Of a stretch of 64,000 nt of DNA, positions 23,311 to 36,500 are shown in pieces (the first letter of the stretch is position 1; each line of letters opens with the position of its first letter). Under the pieces are notes generated by a model. The model saw nothing but the letters and a program-made list of their open reading frames with translations, was not told where the DNA came from and did no database searches. The stretch lies in contig NC_134034.1 of assembly GCF_964204645.1 (NCBI RefSeq), positions 12,846,962-12,910,961 on the forward strand, written 5' to 3'. The position numbers and the translations under genes are program-made. This stretch comes from Tubulanus polymorphus. Lineage: Eukaryota; Animalia; Nemertea.

Positions 23311-24763
23311 CTCTCTACAGTCTACTAACTAGAAGTTCAATCTGCCCAGCCTTTATCTCTCTGCTTCCCCGTTCCAGGTTCAGCCTCTCTTACTTTTCTA
23401 GCTAGCAGCAGGAGTTAAGACTTATCCCAGAAACCAAACCTAACTACAGCGTGCGTACATTACTACTGCCTTGTGTGCGCTGCCAAGATGACGATTGCGC
23501 GCTTTTTCGGCGTCTGGCAATAAAGTTCCATTAATTTGAATTTATTGGTTAGTTACGTTAATTATTCACCTTGTTCTGATTGAGACACGTCTTTAATCAA
23601 ACAATCACAAACACACAGTTTTATAGAACATCATTCAACAGTTTTAAATCCCGCACAGCTCACACATATTCACTAAACATTTAAAATACAAATTTACAAA
23701 CACGGAAGTAAATGAAAATAAACTGTCAAATATCTGGGTCTATTTCCCATCCGCGCTGGCAGCTCTATCGCTAAGTTTTATTCATCTAATAGCTACTCAT
23801 TCACTCAAATGACAATTATCAATTTTTATAGAAGTAATATATTTGATTTAAATATCAAAACATCAAATAAAATGTGATTTGTTATGTTTTTTATTGAAAG
23901 TTATGCAGGATTCGAACCTCGAACAGTGTCCGAGGGTTCCACTTTCGATAAGCGTCTCGTTGTCAAGGCTCAAGTGCCGCAGTTGGTTCAATCTAATTTT
24001 ATTGATAAAGATTATGAAAAAAATTGCAATACAAAAAATAGACCAGCATTTAAAAAGTCAATACAACAGTTAAGGCACTCGAAATATAGGAAGTAATTCA
24101 AATACTCGCGTACCGCAGTCGGCTTTAACTCGCATACCGCCATCGGTTTCAACTCGCGTGCCACAGTAAGTCTGACCGAAAGAGGAAAGCTCCGACGGCG
24201 GTCGGAGGCTATCTGGTGTCCATTACTCGTCTGCTCGTCTCTACCCCTAGAGCTCTGACATCGATCTGACTACAGCCCCGCCCACAAACACTCGTCTTCT
24301 ACGGCTGCAGATGGAATGAACAAGTGCCCCCGGGCTATTTCACCTGACCCCAAGAAACTAATAATAACCGGTAGATCATCGCAATATATTAATAAATATA
24401 GTTATCAATAAATCTATGACTCTTCATCTGTATCAATGGTCTAAACTTAGCCCAGCAGTGACAGTAGCAGCAGCACAGCCTGGCCACCCATGATAGTGAG
24501 GGTAATGACTATATATAGCCTCCCAGTGGTAGTACCGGTAAATAACGACTGACGATTATAGCGACCACGCCCAATATTACACGGTACCCCTAAAGCATTA
24601 ACAGGTAAACAGAAAACCAATAAAAGCGATCATACATTCGCAGTATCATTTACTGAATGTCAAAGTTCCATTCGTACATTCTTTGTTGGTGATACTGGGA
24701 AACCTAGAGGGATGCATGGAAGATTCTGAACCCACCGTTCCCCAGGTGGGTTTAATTGGACTC

Positions 24764-24988
24764 CTGGATCCAGTTCCACAGTTGTGTGGGTTTAATTCGA
24801 CTATGGATCCAGTTCCACAGTTATGTGGGTTTAATTCGACTCTGGATCCAGTTCCACCGCTGTGTGGGTTTAATTCGACTCTGGATCCAGTTCCACCGCT
24901 GTGTGGGTTTAATTCGACTCTGGATACAGTTCCACAGTTGTGTGAGTTTAATTCGACTCTAGATCCAGTTCCACAGTTGTGTGGGTTT
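24764..24988. repeat. 39-bp minisatellite with CCAGTTCCACAG core
   Basis: CTGGATCCAGTTCCACAGTTGTGTGGGTTTAATTCGACT repeated about 6 times. Confidence 0.93.
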
Positions 24989-25614
24989 TAATGAATTGAC
25001 TCTAAATCCAGTACTTGGCTGGTTTGGTGTTTCACATTTTTTTCAGATCTTAAAATAGGGATTGACCCGGGTATTCATTTAATTGGTAGATTTTGTCCGA
25101 TTTGTCCCCTACAGACCAACCAAACCTGCCGGTAACGAACGTTAGCTAGCGCGTGAATATTGCAGCAACTGAAGGTATGAGGAGGAGGGTATCATCGCTT
25201 TAATCTGACTGATGCTGCTGCTGATGCTGGTGCTGCTGATGTCAAATCGCGTGAAATCGAAGATAATTATTGTACATACATATACAAATCAGATCATACC
25301 AGCGCTGATCCTCATCAGCGTCGATGATAATCTACTTATCGGAAGAATATCAAATAATGAAATCCGCGGATTAATACGTCATTGATTAGGATCAACTCGA
25401 CGTGTGTTATATATTAGTAAGTTATTCATAAGTCTCCATTGTTTCAAAAACAATAATCGCCGTATAATATTAAATACACATGTATTATTTATGATAATAT
25501 GAAGTGTGTAGTTGGACATTTTTTGTTATCGGAATTTTTCCAGATCGATTTTCTGTAAATTCTGAATTATCAAAATAAGTGCACCCGATAAAGAAAGTGA
25601 TGTATTTAGGTAAT

Positions 25615-25862
25615 GATAGCGGGTATTGTTAGTGAATAGAGTCACCGCACCTGACTGGTCACCGGTCACTTCACCTGACTGGTCACCGGTCACTACATTT
25701 GATTGTTCACTAGTGACCACACTTAGCGGACAAACTTACAAAATCGGTCAGTCAACACCGGTCTATGGTCTAGTGGTTAGCATGTTCGACTGGCGCGCAC
25801 GCGGAATTCGGTTCGAGTCCTTTAAGGGTTAAGATTACACAGTATAGCGGGTTAAGGGTTAC
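25615..25862 (+). mobile_element. Composite repeat: subrepeats plus internal tRNA-like module (copy 2)
   Basis: Same order of modules as 11750-12065; A box TGGTCTAGTGG, B box GGTTCGAGTCC. Confidence 0.55.
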
Positions 25863-27321
25863 TAATGACCTCAGTTGGATGGCCAGGATGGAAGTGCTGT
25901 AGTCGAACCCAAATCTTACATATATCTTCATTTTGCCTTTTAAGTAGGTATATTATAAATACATTTTTATATTATAGACACATATATAGACTAGTTTTCT
26001 TTTCAGATTCATTTTATCTATATCACAAATTCAGGGGAAAACCTATCTATCACGCATCGTATGAAACATTTTTTTTTGTAAAAGTTTTTGCCTCTAAAAG
26101 AAAAATTCGATGAAATATAAAAACACTTTACGACGGATAATGAAGTAGTTTGCAAGGAGACGGGTTGTTGCATGAAGCCCCGCTAACCTGAAACTAGAGA
26201 TGGTAGGCTCTGCAATGACGCCAGTCGCTATCTTCTAAATATTCAGTCATACGGAATTTCATATTTTCATGGGTCATGTTGTTGCTAACTACTTCGTATT
26301 GCGTGCTATCAGATTCTGAATAATCTTTAATTATCACATGTATATTTGTTCTCTCGTTTTAGAATCACACGTCGACTCGGAGCAGTTGAAATCGCAGGAG
26401 CAGCATCTGTTGTCACGCATCTGATCCGTACCTGTCCACAGTATCAGTTTGTTCCGTTTTGAGTCGGTTGTTTTCGTGTGGATACAATCGAGTTGTATAA
26501 CGATCTAGTAGCGATTGAATGTACTGTTCGTTATTGCTAAAAATAGATTTTTCGAAGAGGGAATTTTTAGATTGGAAAACGACAAATTACGTCCATCATC
26601 GCTCAAGTCGAATTCGTAGCCGCTCAGCGACGCCGTCGACGCGATCAAGGTTGAGCTGTTATCATTTAACGGTTCTACACAACAATCGGGGCTTCATACG
26701 CGCTTATGATTAGATGTGACCAAACGACCGCGTGACGTCATCATTATCGGGTTCAGATATCGGTAATGGTGAGATTGACGTTTTCAATTATACATCCCGC
26801 TTGTTGTTAATTATCCTCAGAGAATCTCTGCGGTTCAGTCCGTCACCGATCCAACCGAGAATTACTCATTAGCAGCAGCCGACAACAATCAACAACAATA
26901 TATTGTCATCGTAATCACGTATGAAACCGATATGAAATTCATTTTCATGTTAAACAAAGAAACTTAGGAGAAAATGAAGAATATAAAAATACCGACATAT
27001 ATCCACGGCAACAGTGACGTCACAGTGTCCGTTACGAGAGACACTTAGGCCTAATAGTTTGCTAGATTTGATTCAACTCCCGCGAGCTGAAAACTTTTAA
27101 ATCATTGAGGGACAAACTCTAACTCGGAGCACCGAGTGAGGAACAAACTCTTACTCAGCGAGGAATAAACTCTTATTCAGTGAAGGACAAACTCTAACTC
27201 ATTGAGGAACAAACTCTTTTTCAGTGAGGGACAAACTCTGGTGAGGTACTGATCTCAGGAGATACTGATAACTCAGTGAGTTGCTAAGGAACCGATTAAT
27301 TGATTTTCTTCTAAGTAAACA

Positions 27322-27753
27322 ATGGCACCATTAACTGATAACAATACGACTACAACCTCCGGTTATAACAGCATCAATTCAACGACAATCATTTCAAATT
27401 TAACCGTCACCACGTTGCGAGCCGGGAATAAAACCCCGCACGAGTTGCTTAGGAACCTGACACTTATCGGTGACGTCACAGAACAGGCTCGCTCGGCAAC
27501 GAGAAACAATGCTCACAGAACGCTGGATAGTTTTACGTATCCGGCGTCGGTGTCGATAGTAATCGGGGTGTTAGCCGTGCTGGTCATCCTGGGCATCGCG
27601 TTCACCATGTTCGGACTATTTTTCAAGTCTGAAGCCGCGGCCGGAAATCCGCACATGGTCGAAGATTCCGGCATGCAACACGGCGGAAGTAGCAGCGCAA
27701 CCGGAACTAGTTCGGAGAGTTATTCGATCCTTTACGGCGATATCGATTACTGA
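27322..27753 (+). CDS. Orphan single-pass (type III-like) membrane glycoprotein, 143 aa
   Basis: Strong start context (aaacaATGG). The Thr/Ser/Asn-rich N-terminus has several N-x-S/T sequons, followed by one hydrophobic helix (VSIVIGVLAVLVILGIAFTMFGLFF) and a short Tyr-containing tail. Exon-like composition; AATAAA near 28948. Confidence 0.72.
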   Translation: MAPLTDNNTTTTSGYNSINSTTIISNLTVTTLRAGNKTPHELLRNLTLIGDVTEQARSATRNNAHRTLDSFTYPASVSIVIGVLAVLVILGIAFTMFGLFFKSEAAAGNPHMVEDSGMQHGGSSSATGTSSESYSILYGDIDY

Positions 27754-27867
27754 CGAAATTTGTTTTTACAACAATTTTAAACATGGCATTTAACTCGACA
27801 TGATCTCCTTGACTCTTAATGTGAATAACTTTCTAACGAGCACACATTTTTTTATGGGGAAGTTTTC

Positions 27868-28798
27868 TGGACCCCAGTTTCACAGTGGTTCTCTGGACCC
27901 AGTTCCACAGCTGGTTCTCTGTACCCAGTTCCACAGTTCTGGACCCAGTTCCACAGCTGATTCTCTGTACCCAGTTCCATAGTTCTGGACTCGGTTCCAC
28001 AGTTGGTTCTCTGGACCCAGTTCCCCAATTCTGGACTCGGTTCCACAGTTGGTTCTCTGTACCCAGTTCCACAGCTGGTTCTCTGTACCCAGTTCCACAG
28101 TTCTGGACCCAGTTCCACAGCTGGTTCTCTGTACCCAGTTCCACAGTTCTGGACCCAGTTCCACAGCTGGTTCTCTGGACCCAGTTCCCCAATTCTGGAC
28201 TCGGTTCCACAGTTGGTTCTCTGGACCCAGTTCTACAATTCTGGACTCGGTTCCACAGCTGGTTCTCTGTACCCAGTTCCATAGTTCTGGACTCGGTTCC
28301 ACAGTTGGTTCTCTGGACCCAGTTCCACAGTTCTGGACCTGGTTCCACAGTTGGTTCTCTGTACCCAGTTCCACAGTTCTGGACCTGGTTCCACAGTTGG
28401 TTCTCTGTACCCAGTTCCACAATTCTGGACTCGGTTCCACAGTTGGTTCTCTGGAGCCAGTTCCACAATTCTGGACTCGGTTCCACAGCTGGTTCTCTGT
28501 ACCCAGTTCCATAGTTCTGGACTCGGTTCCACAGTTGGTTCTCTGGACCCAGTTCCACAGTTCTGGGCCTGGTTCCACTTCCATAGTTCTGGACTCGGTT
28601 CCACAGTTGGTTCTCTGTACCCAGTTCCACAGTTCTGGACTCGGTTCAAAAGTTGGTTCTCTGTACCCAGTTCCATAGTTCTGGACTCGGTTCCACAGTT
28701 GGTTCTCTGGACCCAGTTCCACAGTTCTGGACCTGGTTCCACAGTTGGTTCTCTGTACCCAGTTCCACAGTTCTGGACTCGGTTCAAAAGTTGGTTCT
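27868..28798. repeat. Satellite of alternating 20 and 27 bp units (47-bp higher order) with CCAGTTCCACAG core
   Basis: CTGGACTCGGTTCCACAGTTGGTTCTCTGTACCCAGTTCCACAGTT repeated about 20 times. Confidence 0.97.
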
Positions 28799-30061
28799 CC
28801 ATTATCTATTTATTCACATGCACAAATATGCAAATCACTTTGTTATAAATGTTCAATCATCACGTGATCCACTTCATCTTTCTTCATACTTCAAAATATT
28901 CTATTTTGTGTTGAAATTTAATATGATGTATATATATTTCTATCTGAAATAAAAAAAGTTGCATTTCCAAAAATCAGTCAAGTCAATATTCTTCGATTTC
29001 AGCGACAAAGTCGATCACGACACACGGTATAAAGGATGACCCATACTGTGAGAAGGAGGGGGGCCTACGCAGCAGTTTTGAACAATTCATAAGTGTTTTT
29101 GGCAATAAGTTGTTAGATTGGTTGTATATAGATCCAAAAAGATTCTTGCGCGTCCAAGAAGCGACACGGATTACAGTACCACGTTGATGCGTTTAATATG
29201 GAGACCCCCCACGGAGCCTGAATGGCTAATAATTCATTATATACATTCTAATACTACCACCATGCGTATGACAACATCGACAATGTGACGAATGTTAGTA
29301 TCTATTATTAGCAGTTCTTACCTGTGATTGGCTCTCAGATAATTAACGAGAGTACAAAATGGCATTAACGCCAATACCCGGTAAACAAGGTTCTCGGATT
29401 GATGTAAACGGTTAATGACCTTCAAGGTCATATTAGTCCCCACGATGCTGAATGGAACAACACGCCCGGCTGCCCCTAAAATAGTTTCCTATGAATCGTT
29501 GGCGGTAGCTTTTATAATCGCGTGGGCTTATACCAACAAAATGTATGGGCTTAAGACAAAAATCAGACGGATATCTCAAAAGACAACGAAATGACAGGCA
29601 AATTATTCTGATATTTCATTGAAAAATGCCGGACCGGCGTTCAGTTCCTGACTGTGGTGAAAATCATCGGCGATACTAAACCACAGGACAGGTTACTGAC
29701 TAGGATGCCCTCGGTTCGAACCCAGTAACTATACTGCGATGTTGTTTGATCTTCACCAGGGAAAAACTGATCATCGTATTCCTATGAATTAATGCATCAC
29801 TCAATTGTATCGTCTTATAAAGAGGAAGCTAAGATATGGAGCCCTCCCTGCAGTGAACCAGCTTAGTTGAATAGCGAAATAATAACTCTATATTCCGGTA
29901 GATGGCGCATGTGAAACTTGGTTCAGTTCGGTGCAAATCTTGGCTGCCAGAAATAGATAGTGATAGTTCAACAAAATTCCAATAGATGGCGAATATGCCG
30001 TATCGTTGTAATCAACGTAGGTTCGTACCCGGGACACTCTGCGCATTATCTGTCTGTTCAG

Positions 30062-32069
30062 TATGGAAGACCTCAGACGACATACGAGATATGAGATATA
30101 ACATACGAGATATGAGATGCAACATACGAGATACGACTTATGACATACGAGATACGACTTATTTACAGTACGGGTGTCCGTCCGCTAGCGCCACCGCAGT
30201 GTATATTTTTCAACATCTACTCGGCGTTGTGGCGTATACTACGACACGTGCGCAGGCAGTGGCGTATACATTAACTATGAATATCAATATGCGAAAAACG
30301 TTTCATTTGAAACGAAAAACATTTAAAAATATTCGATCAACCACTCCCGGGGACCGGCTTCTCGCTGTGACATCAGTGGGCGGCCACTCTTAGTAGTGTG
30401 AGACACCGATGGTCCGGTGATTGAGTTGGCTCCAAATACGGGGCTACAGCCCCTAAATCCACCAAAAACGCCTCAAATTCCATTTTTGAGTGTACAAAAA
30501 TCCCTCAAAAAGAGTTAGCCATGGCCCCTTCAAATTGGTGGTCAGTAAGAATTGCGCCTAGTCAAGGGTTTAAACTTCGCGTTCGATCGAGGGTTTTCGA
30601 TGAAGAATGAAAGATGTATGTATATTACGAATGCCGATGACCAAAGAGTTTAAAAAAAAGTCCGACACACGCGGAATCTGTGTTTAGTGTACTATGATTT
30701 CAACGAATGAATTGAAACATGGACATGAATTAAAAATACTAAAGATAACATAGATCTATTGAATGAATTATTCATTAAATATCAGAATGGAGTTCCATTG
30801 TATCACTCTCAGCTCCTGGCCCTAGTCCAGCTGATTTCATTTATCACGACGTTTTTTGCGACGGGTGCAAACGCACCATACGAGCAACGTTCCGGTGTTC
30901 CGCTAATTCCCCGGTCTAAAGAAATGTTACTTGATATTTCCATGGATCTCTTATCTTTACAAATGTAAGAGCTGTTGTGTTTTGCTGAAGACTTATTTAT
31001 GTGGTTCCTGTACTTTTGTCAATAAACAGTTTTAAAACTGGCCATGACAATTGATAAGAATGATCTTAAATTGGATTCTCCGATTATGAAAGTTATTCAG
31101 ATTCAGCCATTGGCCCTTTCCATGAAAGATGTCAGAAAAGAAAGATAGCCAAAAAGCACTCAGAATACACAAGTACCTAAATTGAACAAATTTTCAGGGG
31201 AGGACCCCGGACTATGGCTTCAGAAAGACAGTACCGCATACTGCCCTGGCGGTTAGCGAAAACTGGCCAGTCTCGACTCTCAATGGCTGGTCTAGTGGAC
31301 TCACCAGTCTGCCCCAGTAGCTCGATAGGGATGGAATTTAGCTGGGGATTTCAAACCTTGAGAGAGAGCACGGGAGTTCTTAATCTGGATACCAGGGCGA
31401 TGTACGGGTTCCCAGGTTGTTTGGGATTCAAGAACTCAGGCAGGGGTGTCAAACAGCGGAGGAGGGGTACAAGGGGGCCGGGATTTCTGGCTGCGGAGTT
31501 TTTTTTAGAATTTTGATTTCTGATGCAGAAAAGCAGGCGGTTACGGCGGGCGGTGAACAGTAGTTATTTTTTTCTGCAGGCATTGAGTAACCGGAACCCC
31601 GGCTCCTGAACACCAGGCCGTTTTAAGACCAAAGGAAGACAAGAAATAGCATAATATTATGAACTTGAACAGTTTGATATCTTTTTAGTTTTGTGATTTG
31701 AAAAACTTTTCGTCGCCCGCGGGAGAGGAACGGCCGGCGGCGCGCCTAGTCCAGGGTGTTCACAGTATGGCCTAATATCGTTGTGTCCGGTCCAGGTGTC
31801 CATTATCCAAAAGAAATCTATTTCTGGTTTGAATAAAATGTTGACTATGTTGGTTTTCATATAATTGACGATGACTGTACGCGTCACCATGTTAAACGAT
31901 TAATATGCAGTAAATATTGAAAAAACATACACTGCGGTGGCGCCAGCGGACGGACACCCGTACTGTAAATAAGTCGTATCTCGTATGTCATATGTCGTAT
32001 CTCGTATGTTGCATCTCATATCTCGTATGTTATATCTCATATCTTGTATGTCGTCTGAGGTCTTCCATA
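30062..32069. mobile_element. Non-autonomous 2-kb DNA transposon with about 160-bp TIRs, IS3EU-like
   Basis: Inverted repeats 30062-~30221 and ~31910-32069, termini TATGG...CCATA, 6-bp duplication GTTCAG (30056-30061 and 32070-32075). No long internal ORF. Confidence 0.8.
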
Positions 32070-33527
32070 GTTCAGCGCCAATATATGTACCAGTATCAGT
32101 AATTCCTGGATTCGAACCTGGGTCATCCCTGTACATCCTCAATTTAACGACCGTACCACAAGGAACGAGTACGGATAATTACTGGATTCGAACCCGGGAC
32201 ACCCCTTTTATCAATCCATTCACAAAACAGATACAATTTAACAAAACAATATTTATTTATTATTCACTGAATATACAAATCATTTATCTACACAGAAACA
32301 AATAGCGTTTTCTAGCACCTGTAGACTCATCACTTATTAATCAATAATTAGTTTGTTTAATTAATTAATTAATTAATTAATTACTGTAACACAGAGAAAA
32401 TCCATGTAGTTAAAATACATTAACTATATTCGATTTCTAACTAAACTCAAAATTCAAATTAAACAAGTTTTCAGATTTCAAACCCAAATTAGAATTAAAC
32501 AACAATAGCTTTAAATTTGACATTTGAAAACTGAAAATCCGAGCAGCAATTAATTATTGCCAGAATTGAATGCATGATTTCAATCTGTAAATTGAACCTA
32601 ATTATTTCTAAATCATTGAAACCAATGAAGGCTAAACATAAAACAGAATTGAAATAAATTCTCACATCGGGAGACATCATTTCCCCCTGATTAATGACAA
32701 TTTTATTGTTCCCTGAATGTTTTTCAGTCCAGTTCATCGTGGACTGATAAATGCAGAAGACTCTGTTTGCGTCGGACCAAGCAGGGCTATAATCAATTGT
32801 CTCCGCCGTATACCGATGCCCGGGACATGTGCAGCAGGGACAGGGCGGTCTCTAATACATTATCGGACAGGGCATGTGATAGCTACTATGGTTCCCACAG
32901 TTAGATGAATTAGAAATTCCCAGGTTCTTTCTCAAGTATTCGATGGGTGAGTTTTCCTGCAATGTCTGATGCTAAACTGTCACATAGAGGTTAACTCCTG
33001 TTTATTGCAATGCAATAACTGATTTTAGTGTAGAATCATACTCAAATAAATTGATCAGTTACCTTGTTGACATTGAAAACGTGTTTTATGTTAATATTTT
33101 TGACAATTATTGAATTATGTGAATTCCTTGGTTTTTCCCAACTATTTCACTATTTCATTTCAATTTTCCCAAGTGGTAATGAACAGATATCATCATACTA
33201 CAGTCGACATCTTAGCGGTGAATGGTTGATAAAGGTGATTTTCAAGGGAAATCGCTGAAGGAAAGTTGCCCTTGGCAAATACAATACATGAAATATAAAT
33301 GAATTACCCGGATATTTCCCTGATTTGAGGACATTTTTTTCAAATTCCAATATTTCCAAACTGGGAATTGTTTCAAAAGTTTTTCCCAATTTCCCAGTTC
33401 TGTGGGAGCCGATGTAATCCCTGCCAATCAGCTTGTCCAATCAGAGGGCGGCAAATAGCTCCGTCGCAAACAGAATCTACTGTTGTCGACTATGAGTTGC
33501 ATTGAAATATTGTAGCCGTATAAAATG

Positions 33528-36500
33528 TTATCTAAATCTATCGACTTTAATCGTCAGGTTTCGTTCTTCTCGTTTCGGTCCGTAAACCACGCCCACTGAG
33601 CTGTCAATCACTGTCTCACTGTCAGTTTCGGCAGCATCCCTTGCTTCTCGCCTGTGAAATAAACATACAAAATATTAATATATCGATTTCTATGAATTTC
33701 ATTATAGTTATTATACGAAATTAATCTCTTTTCGAATATTCAAATCATGATAAATGAATACATTCTCCTTATTAAGTACAACCTGAATTTCTCTCTCTCG
33801 CAAAAAAATTATTTCGATGATTTGAAATTAACTTCAGTTTGTGATATGATTTGATTCATTTAAAAGATGGAGTCTCTTTTGATCGAAGTTCAGTTTAAAA
33901 AGAAGATATTTCGGTAATGCTTCAATATGGTGTAAAATCGATATTTTAGTTCAGTTGCCCATCTTTGCTATACCTATTCACACCTTATATCAGGTTCATA
34001 TGTACTAACAAAACTGACCGAGTTATGACACTGGATCCAGTTCCATAGTTCTGATAAGATTAGTTCACTTTCATTGAGTCAAATCTCAACTCACAACTAT
34101 TTAACTGCATTTCCTTTCAATTCAAGTTGAAATAGCCTGGGACTGAAAATAAACTTCATTATTTCGAGGAATTCATCGATTTTACCGTTTTCTTTTTTCT
34201 TCCGCCTGCAGTTTTAATTGTCGTCTGCCGAGATCGTCGTCAATAGTCGTGAAGTCGTCTTCATCCGTCGGGTCGTCGGTCAAATCCTATCAACGACAAA
34301 CGATTATCTGAAACGCCGGTCTCTACAGCGCAAAATTGATTCTATATGATCACATAGAAAAATATGGCCGCCATACACAAAATGGCTAACGAACCTTCAC
34401 TGCTATGATATCTCCATCTCTGATGTAATAAGGCGACTGTTTTACGTTCACTTTCGGAATCTTTTGTCGTTTGCCTTTAATATTTTTCTGAAAAGAAAAT
34501 TTCTGCTATATTTTCCCAGAATTAATTAATACCCGAATTATCAACTGCATCGCCGGTAAAACTTACGTTAATTTGAAAATCGATTTTCTCGATTTTCTGC
34601 CATTCGTATCGATGTTGATGATATTTAGCTATCGATATTTGTTGCTGCGGCAACGAACAATGCGCCGCTATTCGATCGACGAGTTGATTCGGACTCGTTC
34701 CGCGACTCGTGTCCCAAATAAACTCCGGGTAAACTTTGTACGTACGTGTTCCGGGAACTCGCAACCAGACGTTCAATATCAATTCGCACGAGCTGCGAGC
34801 GAAAAATAAACAACATTTTGGAAATATTTCCGCTAAGGAGAATTTATACCCGGAATAATAACCGCCACGGACTGCGGTCGGTTTAGAGTTGACTGGTGAC
34901 AGAGTGACAATTAAAAGTTTGTTGTTACTATGGTATTCATCCACTGTTCATCTTTAACCAACCATTGCACAGCTGCAGCCCCTAGCCCAGCCGGCGTCAG
35001 ATGCATCGTCATGACTAAAAGTGGTCTTTAATCTTAGGTTAGATTGGTTATAGATTTAGGATGGTCTTGGACTGATCTTAAATCTAAGCCATGACTGCGC
35101 AACCAGTAACCGGTCAAGAAAGTCTCAAGAAGGTATGGGATAAGAATACTGAGGCCTAGTAGTTGGAGAGGTTTAGTTGAGGAGGGTTCAAAGCCAAGGG
35201 GGTCTAAGTTGAGAGGGTCTAGTTGACGGGGTCCAAGTCGAGGGGGTCTTATCGTGATATTTACCTCAACTGTTCAGCGTGCTGAAGTATTTGGACTCCT
35301 ATTTCGCTGGAACTTGTCACTTTTTGTCTCCTAAAAACATAACGAGTTCAAATCAAACGGTGACCAGTAGCAGACGACACCGCTGAAAGGTGAAGGTCGT
35401 GTGGAACTCACTGCAAATTCTGATGGTTGCAGCGTAGAACGGACTTTAATCGATCGGTTTCGATCAGTCGCAGACGCAAATAATCGAACATCGGATACGT
35501 CTGTTCACTCATCGCCGGTAGCAACGATATTCTCTCTTTTAATTCATCGACCGACGATTCTTTACGAACTTCGACAGTTCCTAATTTACACGGTTTTAAA
35601 TCCGGTTCAACGCTACTCCTGCCATACAGATAATCTAAAGATAAATCCGGTTTAACGTTACTCCTGCCGTACAGATAATCTAAAGATAAATCCGGTTTAA
35701 CGTTACTCCTGCCATACAGATAGTCGTTTAACATACCTTGTATTCCTGTAGTAATCCACGACAGTAAACCCGGAGTTGAGTCAGTTGATGGTTTTACCGT
35801 AGGATATAACCACACGGGAAGCTGAACGTAACCCTACAATCGTTAATTACAGACATAGTAGCGCCCTCTTTATGTACGCGAACCGATCACTTTTTTTAAT
35901 GGATATAATTCTACCTTCGGGGGAACGCGTCCTTCCTCGAGTAAAACTGTGTCGCCGTTTTTCATCTGCGATTCCGATAGTTTAGCGTCGAGATCGTCCA
36001 ATATGGCGGCCGGTTCTCCGCACCAGTTCGCCAGTCTCAGGTGCCACGCGGTAGCTGCAGAGAGTGTCAGAGTAAGGAGTTACAGTTTTCTAATCGTGAA
36101 ACTCGGGTTCGATTAACTTACATTCGATGTTTAGTTTTCGTAGGACGGTTTTCAGTAACGCGTCGACGGTCATATCTCGCTCCATCGTTAAACTAAATCT
36201 CTCCGTAGCAGCGCCACCTGCTGGTGGTGGTGGTGATATATTCACTATAATCTATACCACAAAAACAATATAGAATTCAAAATCATTTACAACGACGAGG
36301 AAAATTAGAGAGAGAGAGAAGTGATGAGTGCAGTGGAATCTACCTGATTATGTGTCGGTGGTTTTCCAGGTTCTAGAATCAGACAAGTCGTAGCCGCGAT
36401 TCCTGCGTGCGTTAGACTTAAATTTTCATGTACTGAAACAAGAGATAAACATGAACATGTTTGCTGCGCATGTTACATGTTTGCTGTACATGTACATGTT

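Noticed and set aside
27833-28848. Many overlapping ORFs on both strands
   Set aside because: Satellite artefacts.
30062-32069. Polinton/Maverick assignment for the long-TIR element
   Set aside because: The 6-bp TSD fits, but the termini are TATGG rather than AG-type and there are no polymerase or integrase remnants.
29986-32305. ORFs 29986-30393 and 31900-32142 sharing the same peptide
   Set aside because: They are translations of the two TIRs, not duplicated genes.
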